Shown here piece by piece: positions 46,941-58,697 of a stretch of DNA of 64,000 nucleotides. Positions within the stretch are counted from its first letter, which is position 1, and each line of letters starts with the position of its first letter. The notes beneath the pieces are model-generated. The model did no database searches. It worked only from the letters and a program-made list of their open reading frames with translations, and was not told the origin of the DNA. The stretch is from Chlorokybus atmophyticus. Taxonomy: Eukaryota; Plantae; Mesostigma and Chlorokybus algae. The stretch covers positions 256,328 to 320,327 of the forward strand of contig RHPI01002615.1 in assembly GCA_009103225.1 (NCBI GenBank), given 5' to 3'. The position numbers and the translations under genes are program-made.

Positions 46941-48515
46941 ACAGTGAAAGTGGCTTCACACAAGTGGTGTGAGGCATGCAGGGGTACATTTTGCAGCAGT
47001 TGTAGAGTGTATGGGTTAGATTGTGGCCTGCGTGTTTTGGCTGCGAAATGGTGACAGACGTGGTGTAAGTGCGAGCTTGTGGTACAATCCGTGTCAACAT
47101 AAGCAACTGACAACTGTTTGCCGTTTGCTACCACATGTACAGCTATACCCCACGGCCAGATATCTGCTAGCTTCTCTATTTGGTGTAAATTTGATGTGTG
47201 TTCATGGCGAAATGGCGGCGTCTGCTTTGTGTACCGCTGTAACATGTATAGAGGTTGTTGATTTATTACAGCATGTAGCCCTGCGCGTATCTTGTATACC
47301 AACTTGTACAACACCACCAAGCTATATTCACTGCTTGTTTACCCACCACTACAATACTCTACTCCTGCTCATTAGGTATGCGCATTGTTGGCTGATTACG
47401 TTTATTTGGCATATTATTGTAAGAGGTTTCTGCTGTCTTAGCACCTTTTACAACAAAGCGTGATATTGTTAAGAACTGTTATATAAAGCTTGACAGTGGA
47501 AAGTTTGTGCTCATGTTCAACATACTCTAAATAGCATACGAGCTTCCAGATTTGCTGTGTATCAAGTCCAATAAATGTCCAGAGGGGGTTACATTAATAA
47601 AACGATGTCAATTGCTATACTTCAATCCCAACATTGAAACATTAACGAGTTGCCCATGCTATTGGTATTGACAAACCATGTGGGTTGATATGAGACATAT
47701 ATCACGAAAGTATTTATGTCAAATAGGTGGATGTGTGTTAAAGCTGCTGCTGGATGTTACATAACGGTATATGCTGCCTACTTTATATCTTAATGCTGGT
47801 ATATACGACATGCCTTGTCATTCAGGTCTTAAGTGGACATGATGTAAGGCCGGAAGGGGTCAGGATTGCGCAGCAGGCAGCAGAGGCGGCTGGGGCCAAG
47901 TGTTGCAGAGTTCGGGTCGTGTAGTTGTCGATACATTGCTGCGTGCTGGTCCAAGTTGTTATGTATGCAGACATTTGCTGACATGCCTAACTTCAGCCTT
48001 TCATTGACTACGCTATGCAGGTGGTGGTTGGGTGTGTTGGTCCTCTCTGCCTACTCCTTGCTGCTATACACGCCCACTTGCTGCTGCCTGAGGGTCTTTG
48101 AGTCTGGTGTCTTGTTGTTTGCTCTTATTATGGTAGGCCATGCATAGCTCTGCCTTGGCCCCCATGTCGTTGCATGACTACTCTGGTGCTTGCGGACTAC
48201 ATGCCAATTGCTTTAGGGTTTGCCACGTGCAAGCTTTGTGTGTTACGAACTCTATATTATCAGATGTAAACACAAATCAACATGACGATGTGAGCCGCCG
48301 AGGCAGCGAAGCAATGCAAGTTTAGCAATCACCCGTCAGGTGACACCTTCCATACGTTGATAATAGTTGCGGACAGCATGCTCAAGGAATTCTGCCATTA
48401 CGTGCTGCGCATGTGCGTGCAATCCAAGGGTGCACAGGCGGAGCTGCACCGGTTGAAGGGGGCCTGCGGCTGTGGCGGCGAGTGCATGCCATCTGTAATA
48501 AAGGGGGTTCCGACC

Positions 48516-49048
48516 TGTAATATGTATGATATGGGACATACATGAGGCAGGTGGCTCCCGACTTTTGCTGCCGTAGCCTAGTGGTTGGGGCGCCGATATT
48601 TTTGTGGTAACGGAGCGGAGAGGCACATGTTCGAATCCCATGGGGGATAGAACTGCTAGTTGCCGTGAAATCGATCCAAGGCAAACATTGGCAAATTGAT
48701 GACTGAAAGTGCCGCGCGGGCTCGCAACCCGTTGAAGCGGCGGTATGACCTACGACCGTCTGAGCGGTCGCAGGCTTGCCGCAATGATTGACTCCTGGCG
48801 CGCAGTGACGAGGGTCCGGTCCCATGGGGATGAGGGTCAGGCATGCGACTTGTCGGTCGCGGATTGGTCGCGGCGAGCTCGATAGATAACATGGGTAAGT
48901 CGCCGTGTTTGGTTCATTCACGGCAATCCCCACTTGTAATGGGTTGAGAGGAATATAAGATACATGGTAGGGGGCATATATGAGGCATGTGGCTCCCCCC
49001 CCTACGGCAGCGACTTTTACTAATGTAGCCTAGTGGTTAAGGCGCCGA
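48516..49048 (+). mobile_element. TRIM-like element 3 (older); 5' LTR ~48516-48599, 3' LTR ~48954-49048
   Basis: Diverged direct repeats (ATGAGGCA.GTGGCTCCC..GACTTTT..TAGCCTAGTGGTT..GGCGCCGA). PBS-like TGGTAACGGAGC at 48605. PPT GAGAGGAA lies directly before the 3' LTR. Confidence 0.6.
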
Positions 49049-50147
49049 TGTTACACGACCACTAGGCTATGGTAGCAAGAGTCGCTACCATAAGCGTGGT
49101 CTGTTACGATTTACAAAAAGTTGTTACATTCCTCCCTTATTTAACCCGCCACGTTCCCTTTCCGTCAGGCTCTCAACACTGAACATGTCACAGCCCACTC
49201 GACCATAAAAGACTTAGTGCTTTTATGGTCGATTTGTGGTAATTTAATGTACCTTCCCGTTACATTCCCCCCCACTTAAGAACGCTGACGTCCTCGGCAG
49301 CTGGCGCTCTCATCAGCTGGGGAATTTTCTTCCCAGGGGTCTGATTTAGGGTCGGTCACCGGCCCCACCACCCAAGGACCGGCCAATTTAGGTCCATACC
49401 GGTCAGTGCGCGCATAGCGCGCCGCTGCCGGCCCCACAGGTCGCGTCGCCGCGATAGGCAGGTCGCGCCCTGCCGCGCCGACTGAACTGGTCAGTTCGGC
49501 GCGACTGCCATTAGGCAAGTCGCGACCAATCGATGATGGCACTCATAAAGTGACCATTTACGATTATTGGATCGAGAAACAACGACCGCGGAATTCGTGT
49601 GCAGGCAAGGCAGGAATCGAACCCGGGTCTCAAGCTCCGATGACCAATGTCACAGCCCACTCGACCATAAAAGACTTAGTGCTTTTATGGTCGATTTGTG
49701 GTAATGTAATGTACCTTTCCGTTACAGAACACTAGCTTGCGTGACCGTGCTCACGGCCGCCCACAATCGATCCGCCTGCGGCCTTTCTACGTGCAACCGG
49801 TCAACGGTTAGTTGGAACAACCATTGACTGAGCTAGCACCGGCCACCCTCACCAGCCTACAATGCGACCTATTATGATAGCGCTGACGCGGCCATAACTT
49901 AAATCAGCTCGGCGCGCGGGTTGCGAACCCGCGCGCCCAGCCCACGGAAAGTCGTCCGATTGTTTTGGTTCATTTCCCCTTTTATCCTTCCAAGCAAAGG
50001 CCGTGTTTTCTATCTCCTTACGAGATTCGAACCCATGACCTCAAATTGCAAAACCAATGTAACCAAGGGGGTTTCGACCACTAGGCTATGGTAGCAAAAG
50101 ACGCTACGATGAGTGAGGTCTATCACGATTCATACAACTTTGTTACA
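49049..50147 (-). mobile_element. TRIM-like element 2 (LTRs 49049-49128 and 50058-50147), interrupted by element 1
   Basis: Both LTRs have TGT...TTACA termini and share GACCACTAGGCTATGGTAGCAA.AG.CGCTAC. On the - strand there is a PPT ATAAGGGAGGAA (49129-49140) and a PBS-like TGG one nt inside the other LTR. Length without the insert is ~553 bp. The TSD is imperfect (CCGA/CCGT). Confidence 0.65.
49186..49726 (-). mobile_element. TRIM-like non-autonomous LTR retroelement 1 (541 bp; 79-bp LTRs 49186-49264 and 49648-49726)
   Basis: The LTRs differ at 2 positions and have TG...CA ends. A perfect 5-bp TSD GAACA lies at 49181-49185 and 49727-49731. On the - strand the PPT GTGGGGGGGAA abuts the 3' LTR and the PBS-like TGGTCATCGGAGC follows the 5' LTR. 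Confidence 0.88.
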
Positions 50148-52967
50148 CCGTAGCTGTCATGGAGCAAGGCGTGGCAGCGATGGCGGCAATGCTGGGCAGG
50201 GCATCGGTGGCACCAGGCCCACCCACTACGGAGTCGGATGCGGCGCTGGCGTAGATGGTCGCTACGTAGTGGTCAGCTTTTATGATAAGTCCTGTATGCG
50301 CGCGCGCGCTTGTGCGTGCGGGCGTGCGTGGAGGAGGCCTATAGCAACGTATTACATTGCTGCACATGGCGAGATGATGCTGAGAGAGGGATGGCAGGCT
50401 GGTAGGCACTACCACGTGCGCAATCAACAGAGTTGTGGATAATGGAGCGGTCCTCAACTCGTACGCTTAGCAGTACAGTGCTAGTGGTTACCAGCACCGC
50501 TTTGGTCACTACAGCGCTGCAAATTCTATCAGCGGGACTGGTTGTGGTCGTTGTGTATGTGTATTAGTGAGTATCTAATATGCATTCATGTGTGGAAATT
50601 CTATAATTCTATACCTGAGATACGTGCTGCATAATTTGCATGCATCATGTACGTTTGTCACATGATTTAATAGTAGGCTTAAGCAGCGGAAGCAGGGGCT
50701 ATCGCGAGTCACATTATGGCAGACATGGTATTCTCCATATGGTCTTGAACATATTGCAAGGTAATTTGGAGCCTGTGTAAGCATCCGAACAAAGACCTCA
50801 AGACTTCGTAGTATTAAGCCGCGGGCTACCATGCGGCTCGCCACTAGCGTAAGAAACACGTTCAACTAGCACTGCACTTTTTCATTAAATTTTATGACAC
50901 TCAATTGGCGACCAAGTGGCTTGTACAATGCCCGCGTGTATCTGATCAACCTTGTTACATGTTATCCGCGGTGCAATTGCATGCGTGGCCCAATCAGCAG
51001 CACATCGAATCATTTAAGGATATTAGCATACATCCGCTGTGCTACAGGTTTGTCCTTCTTGATACACACTGCGCACTTAGCGTGCGCCCCGATGTAATTG
51101 ACATCTGCAATTGCTAGCCTACGTTGTGCCTGGTGTGATTATGCATGCCCGCAATGATGTGCAAATTGACTTATATCTTATGCCTACAATAATTGCTTCA
51201 TACATTACCATCGGACTATCCCACGCTGCTAGTTCACATCTAACTGACCACAATACCGTCAACCTCCCGATAGGCATGCATAAGGTATAAGTCAATTTGC
51301 ACATCATGTGCACATATCCACACGGTGTGCTAGCAATTGCAAGCCAACAATCGCAGCAAGTCACCAGCAGCAAGCATAGGCTGTCCATGTGTTGCAGATG
51401 CAGAGGGTCACAGCATAGCACTTAAGCACACAGCATTACACGTAGCCGCGAGGGCAAGCAAGCAAGCAAGCAATCAAGTGGCAAGGGCAACTATACTATG
51501 TGTGTGCTGCTATCGAAGCATGCAGCAAACCAGTTATTACAACCCCCCAGGCCCTATGCTATTGCTATACTAGTGCTCTAAGTGCATGCAATGCATGGCT
51601 TGGGCGGATATCTAGGACTGCGTATAACCGACCTGTGGAGCACCAAGCTGCATGGAGGGGTGGAGGTTGTTTATACTTTCTGATCGGTATGTTGCTTTGT
51701 AATGTTCTGCTTGCTGATACTGCTTCAAACGGGCTCAGATATGTGCATACCTGTATATAGTAAATAAATGCAACAAAGCAATGCACATGCAAGCACACGC
51801 ACACACAAGCAAGCAGTCACAGCTAGGACAATAGCATTACACAGATTTGGGGGGGCCCAGAGCAGCGCTGGACTTTTAGGACCTCCAACTCTTACACCCT
51901 ATACACAACCATGGGGTAGGATGGGGTGGGGAGGGATGCAGCAAGGAGGGGGAGGGTGAGGGGAGGTAACCACCTGCACAGCAGCGGGAGGAGCATCAGG
52001 TCCTAGTCCGCGGCAGCATCCACAGCAACAACGATGACAACGACTGCAATTGACTGGGCCCCGACGCCGCTATGCGCTCTGGTCCCTGTTGTACCTGGCA
52101 CTGAACACACAGAATGGCTGCAGCCTTTTTGTTAGTTGGTTAACACTTGCTCACCAATGGTTAGCATGCAAATGTAGCCGTCGGCATGAGATAGCAACAG
52201 CACATATTATGCTAGTACATTGCAGCACTCACAACTGGTTACCAGCATGTCCGCATGCAACGGCACCCCATACTGCAACAGCACTAACGCAACAGCAATC
52301 CCACAGCAAACAGATAGCAACCAAGCAATGACACAGCCAACAGCAACGGCAATGTCACCAGCAGCAAGCAACACACCTCCACACAGCATGCCTCTGCCTC
52401 ATACCTATACAAGTCGTCAATATTGATATCCTACCCACACGGGTTATGTACTAGTATAGCACACTTACATCTGCAAGTCGTACTTTGCATCTTGTACAAT
52501 GTCACTCATTCATCACCCCCATACCATACACACGGCATGTGGAGTTGCCTACCTAGTACACACCCGCACATGGCACGCCAAATCACAAGGGATCGCACAT
52601 ATCACCATGTTGCATTCTATTTTGCACTGCAATTGCACTCTCATACATGCCACAATCCCTGCATCCTATATGTTATACTGCCCCCCGCCACCCCTGCAGA
52701 CATAAACTTCAGCACCATCAAATGCGGCATCCACCTCCACGGTAGGAGGGCCTCGAGCCATTCATACTTAGCCCAGCACTGCTAAATTGGTACTTCGCTC
52801 TTCAGGAACCTACAAGCCTGTATATGAATGTCTGCGGTATACCATGCTACTAATTGGTGAGGTGCTATCAATGTGCATCTGACACAGCTGTTTTGACACA
52901 AAGGGCGACTATATGCAAAGGATTCGCCCTGCAGACTAACAAAGCCACCACAAAAAGATTACTTCAT

Positions 52968-55900
52968 TTACAGCAACTGAGCTGGCCCAATGCCCAGGTC
53001 ATCTGCAAGTTCTGGCCAGATTGGTAGCAACGCTAAGTATGCCGCGGCCAGCAAGAGTACCATGAGCGTCCGCCTGGCATTGCCTGCTGGTGACACATCA
53101 TCCTGTACAACCTTCTCCGGCACACGCTGCGAATTCGCAAAAGCAATAATTAATAATTAATTAAGTGATCTGATCAACTCATCATTTCTATTACGGCATA
53201 TGTGCATGGTCTGAAGTTTTGACAAAAAAAAACCCCGCAGCTGCATGCAACACAACACTCGCGCTTACCTGCACAAAGAGCACAAAGAGCCCCCATTGTA
53301 GTGACAGATTGCCGCCAACCTACCAAGAGCCACAACAGTGTAAGCGCTTCAGAAAAGCTTGCCCTGAGCCTCGGTCTCAATGAAACACCACAGAAGTGAC
53401 TTCATCACTTACCACACCAAGTCCAAGCAAAGCGTATGTGATCAGGCTGAGGACACGAGTCTCCCCTTTCCCAAAAGCCGCCTGCATGCAAGCAGGTGAT
53501 ATGAGTGAGCCTAATTGCACAGAGCCAGATTGACTGACGTCCATCATTTGCAACAATGTTTTTTGCACACAGCCACTGATCTCGATAATGGGGAATGCAA
53601 ACACACACTAGATTTGCACCTGAGCACACCGTCCACCATCAAGCGCACCAAGAGGGAGCAAGTTAAGCGCGGTGGTTGTCAATCCGCACCTAAAGAAGCA
53701 GGCTCCTTAAAAGGCTGACACAACGTCAGCAACATGGCAAGCATGCGTCCCCAAAGACCTTACCAGCCAGCAATCACCAGCGGGTGGATGTTGACTAACT
53801 CACCAGTCATCCTCCTGGGAGGACATTGAAAATCAAGGGTTTGGGCGGAGAGCGCAGAGAGCACCACCTCCACACTTGCATGACATGGCACGCTTGCAGC
53901 AGTTTTCTACTCATGCACAGTAGATGTGCAAGCTTTGAACCCAACTCAACAATGCTCGTGTAGTACTTACGCAGCTCCAAGGCTGAAGCGCGTCACAGAC
54001 CCAAGAAGAAGAGACCCTTGAAACAGCACAGACGGAACACCCACGAGGTCGTCAGGTCCAGCTGTCTGTGAGAGTGCCAGGCCATAGAAGAACATTGCAG
54101 ACGCCACTGCACCGCCAACCACGGGACCGGCAACTGAGACATCAAACACCACCGTATTGTTCGGCAGCAACGACTTGAACTGCAGAGCAACACACGTGAG
54201 CCACACATTCCCAGATTCAACCACCCCACGACAATCATGCAAGGACTCTGGTTAGAACTGCAGCCTGCAATGCTGTAGTTCACACAATGTTGCTTCCACC
54301 CACCTGTGTCACAGCACCAAATGTCCCAAGCAAAGCGTTGGGGATGAAGTAAGGAAGACTCAACTTGACTTTTTTTGTGGCAGCAACCGCTCGGTGGCCA
54401 AGTTCCTGGAATGCATTTGCTTGAGTTGACCTGGGCGGGCTCACCAGCGAATCAACTGCTCAACGCACAAGCATGTTCATGAACAGCGACTTACATGGGC
54501 AATAGAAATGCTAAACACAGTGAGTGCAATCCTGAAGGCGCTATTTAGCAGCGGCAAAAGGTCAAAATCGCCTGGAAGTTCGGCACTGGCATCCAGGTCT
54601 GCGTTGGTGAAAAATGTGACCACATCTGGAGGGAGCTTTGAAATCTGCGGACGATGACGGTACACACACAAGTGGCGTAAGTTGCAGGTGGCTGATGCTC
54701 AAGCACAGTACACTATATGTTGCAAGCTGATATGCATGCGTAGCACCAAGCCCTGGCATAATTACCTGTGCTGTGATGCCAACTTGTATACAGGTGAGCA
54801 GGGAAAAGGGCACCAGGAAAACTGCCAAAAAGGTTTGCCAACCCGTCGTAGGGGGTGGCCTTGAGATCTCGGATGTCAACACAACAAAACTGACCCTTGG
54901 GCCACCTCGTGGGTCATCGCTTTCCGCATTTGGCTCAGGGACCATAAACAAGTCATATTTATCGCCATATAGCTCTTGCAGGCCATTCTTCAGCTTGGCA
55001 AACACCTCCTCACGCTTCCCACGCATGTTACCTGGGCATAGAGCAAGTTTCTGGCAGGGCCACAGCTGCTATAATAGAATTTCTTATTCATTCCTGACTA
55101 CATCTTAATACTGTATGTATGTTGCGCATGTGAATATTTTTGAATTCTAACAACATCAACTAGAATGTGGTGGTTGTTACAACTGCGGTACCTTTCAGCA
55201 AGAACCCCTCGCCACTGTCCCCATAGGGCTCCTGGCCCGTGACCCAGAATGATGTATACCCGCAGTACTTCTCCTTAAACGCATTTACATCTTCCCTGTC
55301 CACCTGATCAACATATAAACTGTCGCAAGTGCAGCTGGCAAGAGTGGGCATGCACATGCATGGCTAGTAACGGTTAGTAACGGCTCACTGCCGTTGTTTA
55401 TGCCAGTGGGTGTTCATGCCTTTGGTGCCATGCAACTGCGTGCACACACCTGCAGCAATTGTCATCACAATAGCTTGCGATTAGAAGTACTACATGCACA
55501 CGATGGTACGGTTTCGTCATCACCTATATACAACTTTTAGTGCTTGCTAAGTGTTTGCTAACTACGCAACTACATACAGCATATTCTCATGTTGCATGCC
55601 ATGCCGAGCATGGACATGCATGCAATCCATGAGACGAAGATATGGGGATCAAAGTTCGCATGCAGCATCGCTGGCATGAGGTATACCTTGGCAGGACCCA
55701 GCAAACCGGCGACAGCCAGTTCAGCGATCCGCATGTACTCCTCCTTGGCAAGCTCATCAGCGTCCTTTCCGCTAGACTTGTCACCATCGCTGCGCACAGC
55801 GGTAGACACGCTGCGCTTCTCATCGTCCTTCTGCGGCTTCTTATCCCCACTCCCCCCGTCCGGACCACCACCGCCGCCCGCAGCCGAGCAGCGCACAGCA

Positions 55901-56112
55901 GGCGGCCCTCTGCGCGCTGCCAGCCGCTGTAACCTACCCCGGCAGCAGCTGCTGCTCCTCCTAGCCAAACTTGCTTGCTGCTGAGGAGCAGCAAACGGCG
56001 AGGAAACCCTTGTCAACCCTGAACCAGCAACCCGCAAGCGCTGGAGCGGGGCCAGCACGGCGGGTGCGGCACAGGCCCCATAGAGAGCCACTACCATTGC
56101 CACCGCATGCAA
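52968..56112 (-). CDS. EGY1: Chloroplast M50/S2P zinc metalloprotease EGY1
   Basis: LLGPAK-VDREDV..FWVTGQEPYGDSGEGFLLKGNMRGKREEVFAKL, DPRGGPRVSF, HELGH (reconstituted across an intron), [36 protein letters not shown] and C-terminal LLPIWPELADDLGIG. Confidence 0.92.
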
Positions 56113-56239
56113 AGCTTGACAACCAGCCTGGTCTTCAGCAGCAACAGGGGCGGTCCACGCCCGCTTTCACCGACAGCGCCAAACTAGCGAACTGTACAAA
56201 AGACCAAACAAGAAAGCAAGCCAAGCAAATCTGCACTGC

Positions 56240-56247
56240 AAACCCTA
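56240..56247 (-). promoter_or_regulatory. Telo-box-like motif upstream of EGY1
   Basis: AAACCCTA on the + strand, ~130 nt upstream of ATG 56112. Confidence 0.35.
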
Positions 56248-58697
56248 GACAATGCACCAAGTCACAGAGACACGGTAGAATAGTCAGTCAGCAGCTCCAC
56301 AGCTGAAGCTTCTCAGCCCAGCTATTCCTCTGCTGCAGTGCAGCTGCAACTCCACAGGCAGACGCCTCCCGCCGCCGCCTGGGACGTGGCGTAACGCCTG
56401 GCCTGAGGCAGGCAGCACTGCTTGTTGAACAGTGTGAACCACTGCCCCTGTGTCACTGCGTGAAACACTCACACCCCGGCCTGCGCAGTATCTGCGATAC
56501 CGTATCTCGATACGGATCTCCCGCTCAAGCTGCGCTTTTTGGTGTCGTCATGACTCGGGGAGGCAGGAGTCATCCTGCATGACCACCAGCATGCAGCATG
56601 GTGAACCACCAGTTATGGACTACAAAAGGTGACTCATATATGGTGCTGGTATACACATGGGACAAGCATTTGGTGTTGCAAAGCAGCACATCGACATCAG
56701 CATAGGGTGTAGCAATATGATGGCAAAACCTTCTCAACAACGGAACACCTCATCAACGTTAACAACCTCACAGCAACAACTCTTACAGCTAGCCTACCGG
56801 CGCTTTCAACAGACATACATGCGAGTGCAAGTGCAAATGTTGGGCAGAGGCAGAGGTGGGAGCAGCGTGCAGAACTTGCAACGTAAGTAGAGTGTGTACG
56901 TGCGGTGGTGAGCACGAGACAACTACTTGATGAATGCTCATCCCGCATTGGCAAGGCAGTGCGTGTAGCCTGTGCATGACTGCAATCAAGCTTTTACAAG
57001 CTCTATTAGCCCTGATCGTCCTTGAACAACGTAATTGTGGCCATAATAAGATCGTCACTGATGTGCATTAACATGCATGCATACAAATGTAGTTTGTATG
57101 TTCACATACATATACATATATGATATTTATAATTTGTACTATGTATAGTAACTTATATTGCATTATACTAGGCATATAAGGCACGGCAATACTCATGGTC
57201 CGTGTTGCGGCTTTTGATATGTTGTATAACAGCCAAATTGTGTTACCAATTGCAAACGCATGACGTCATGCAACTGCATTAATATTAAATGTGATAACCT
57301 GGTTGAATTAATGTGCGTACAATGACACAATTTATGCTGCAGCGCATAATAGCATTGCCTTATACAACTTGCAACATTTGCAACAATCTGCATATAACGT
57401 GTAATCTGTAAATTATGAATGCATTTGCATCAGGTAGTCACGCAAATATTGTGAAAGATTTTCCAACTTGACCAATACGTTAACCTACGTTCTATATAAG
57501 GAATTCCTTGCAACATTGCTATAAATTAAGAGTCAAAAAGCATGCAAATAATTTCATTTACATTATTCATTGCATAATTATTGCTATGTGTGCGTATAAT
57601 ATATGCCAATACAGATCTGTAGTAATTCATTCATGATAAAACTGTATACAATCTTTCATGCCCAATTTAATTCCACCCCTCCTTTGCTTATTGTAATTTT
57701 AATGCAAGATGCGCGTTATTGTTAACATATGACCATTATGCGGCGAGATGTTCATGTTAAAAGCAATACACGAAGTAGCAAGTTGCCGACAAACAAGTTT
57801 AAATTGATTAAACTTGTTTGTCGGCTATGTGATATCTCAAATCATGCAATACGATTATTAGACTAGTTGCATACTTTGGCCGCCAATTCACTCAGAATAC
57901 GTATCAGCTTTATCTCGAAGCTTTTTATGAAGATCTCACGTCACTACGGTATGTCAAAAAGGGACTCTCATAATGCGAATAGATTACGCAGTTAAAAATC
58001 CGTCGAATGATCGCATGCACATTTGCACAATTGCAATGTGCAAATTCCGTGCTTGTTTGCATGCACATCAACGTCAACACAATAACACATAATAACACAT
58101 AATATTATTACATCAACGCATCTGAAGATTGTTCTCACACAGCACTCAACATGACTCGACAATGTCATACTTTTGTGTGAAGGCGGTACTAGCAAGCCCC
58201 CTCTGTAGGTCTTATGTCGTACGTATGCCTATACCCGACCTCAACGCGGTGATTCCAGCTGGTGAATGACCGAACGAACAGCAGTGCCGGTACGGCACAT
58301 CTCAGTGAGCCGAAGTCAATCAAGCCCATTTGCATGGGAACCATCATTCCCGTCCACATTGTGCAATCTGTCGGGGAAGAGCCAGACAACCTACCGGTAA
58401 CACCCCAACGAGCCTTACAACGCGGGCGGCCCGCCGCGGACACACAAGTCGCGTCCAGTCCAGCTGGCGGCAGGCTGTGAAGGGCCGTCGCCTGTCCGGC
58501 TGTCCACTGCGCAACCCCCCCGCCCTTCAGTGTCCCATTGGCGGCGGCAGAGGCGGCAGCGGCGAGTGGTTGTGAGGGCGGGCGGGCGGGCGGGCAGGTG
58601 GGTTGGGCGAAGGGGTTGAGGGGTGGGAAGTGGTCAGGGAGGAGTCGGAGGGAGTGGAGGCGGTGTCGGTGGTGGTGGTGCTGGTGCGGACCTTGCC

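Noticed and set aside
48574-48640. Additional tRNA genes or SINEs at 48.57, 49.61-49.67 and 50.02-50.09 kb
   Set aside because: A- and B-boxes are present but there are no acceptor or anticodon stems. They are better explained as parts of the TRIM elements.
49290-49330. CTGATGA on the - strand as a hammerhead ribozyme core (retrozyme)
   Set aside because: No stem II followed by GAAA in the required position.
49185-49726. Direct repeats with hairpins as a CRISPR-like array
   Set aside because: There are only two copies, with LTR hallmarks (TSD, PBS, PPT), in a eukaryotic context with no cas genes.
50113-52900. Short ORFs between the TRIM cluster and EGY1
   Set aside because: Low-complexity sequence with no homology I can recognise and no consistent exon structure.
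54370-54500. EGY gene apparently lacking HExxH (EGY3-like pseudoprotease)
   Set aside because: HELGH is reconstituted across an intron (IAH|ELGH), so it is an ordinary EGY1.
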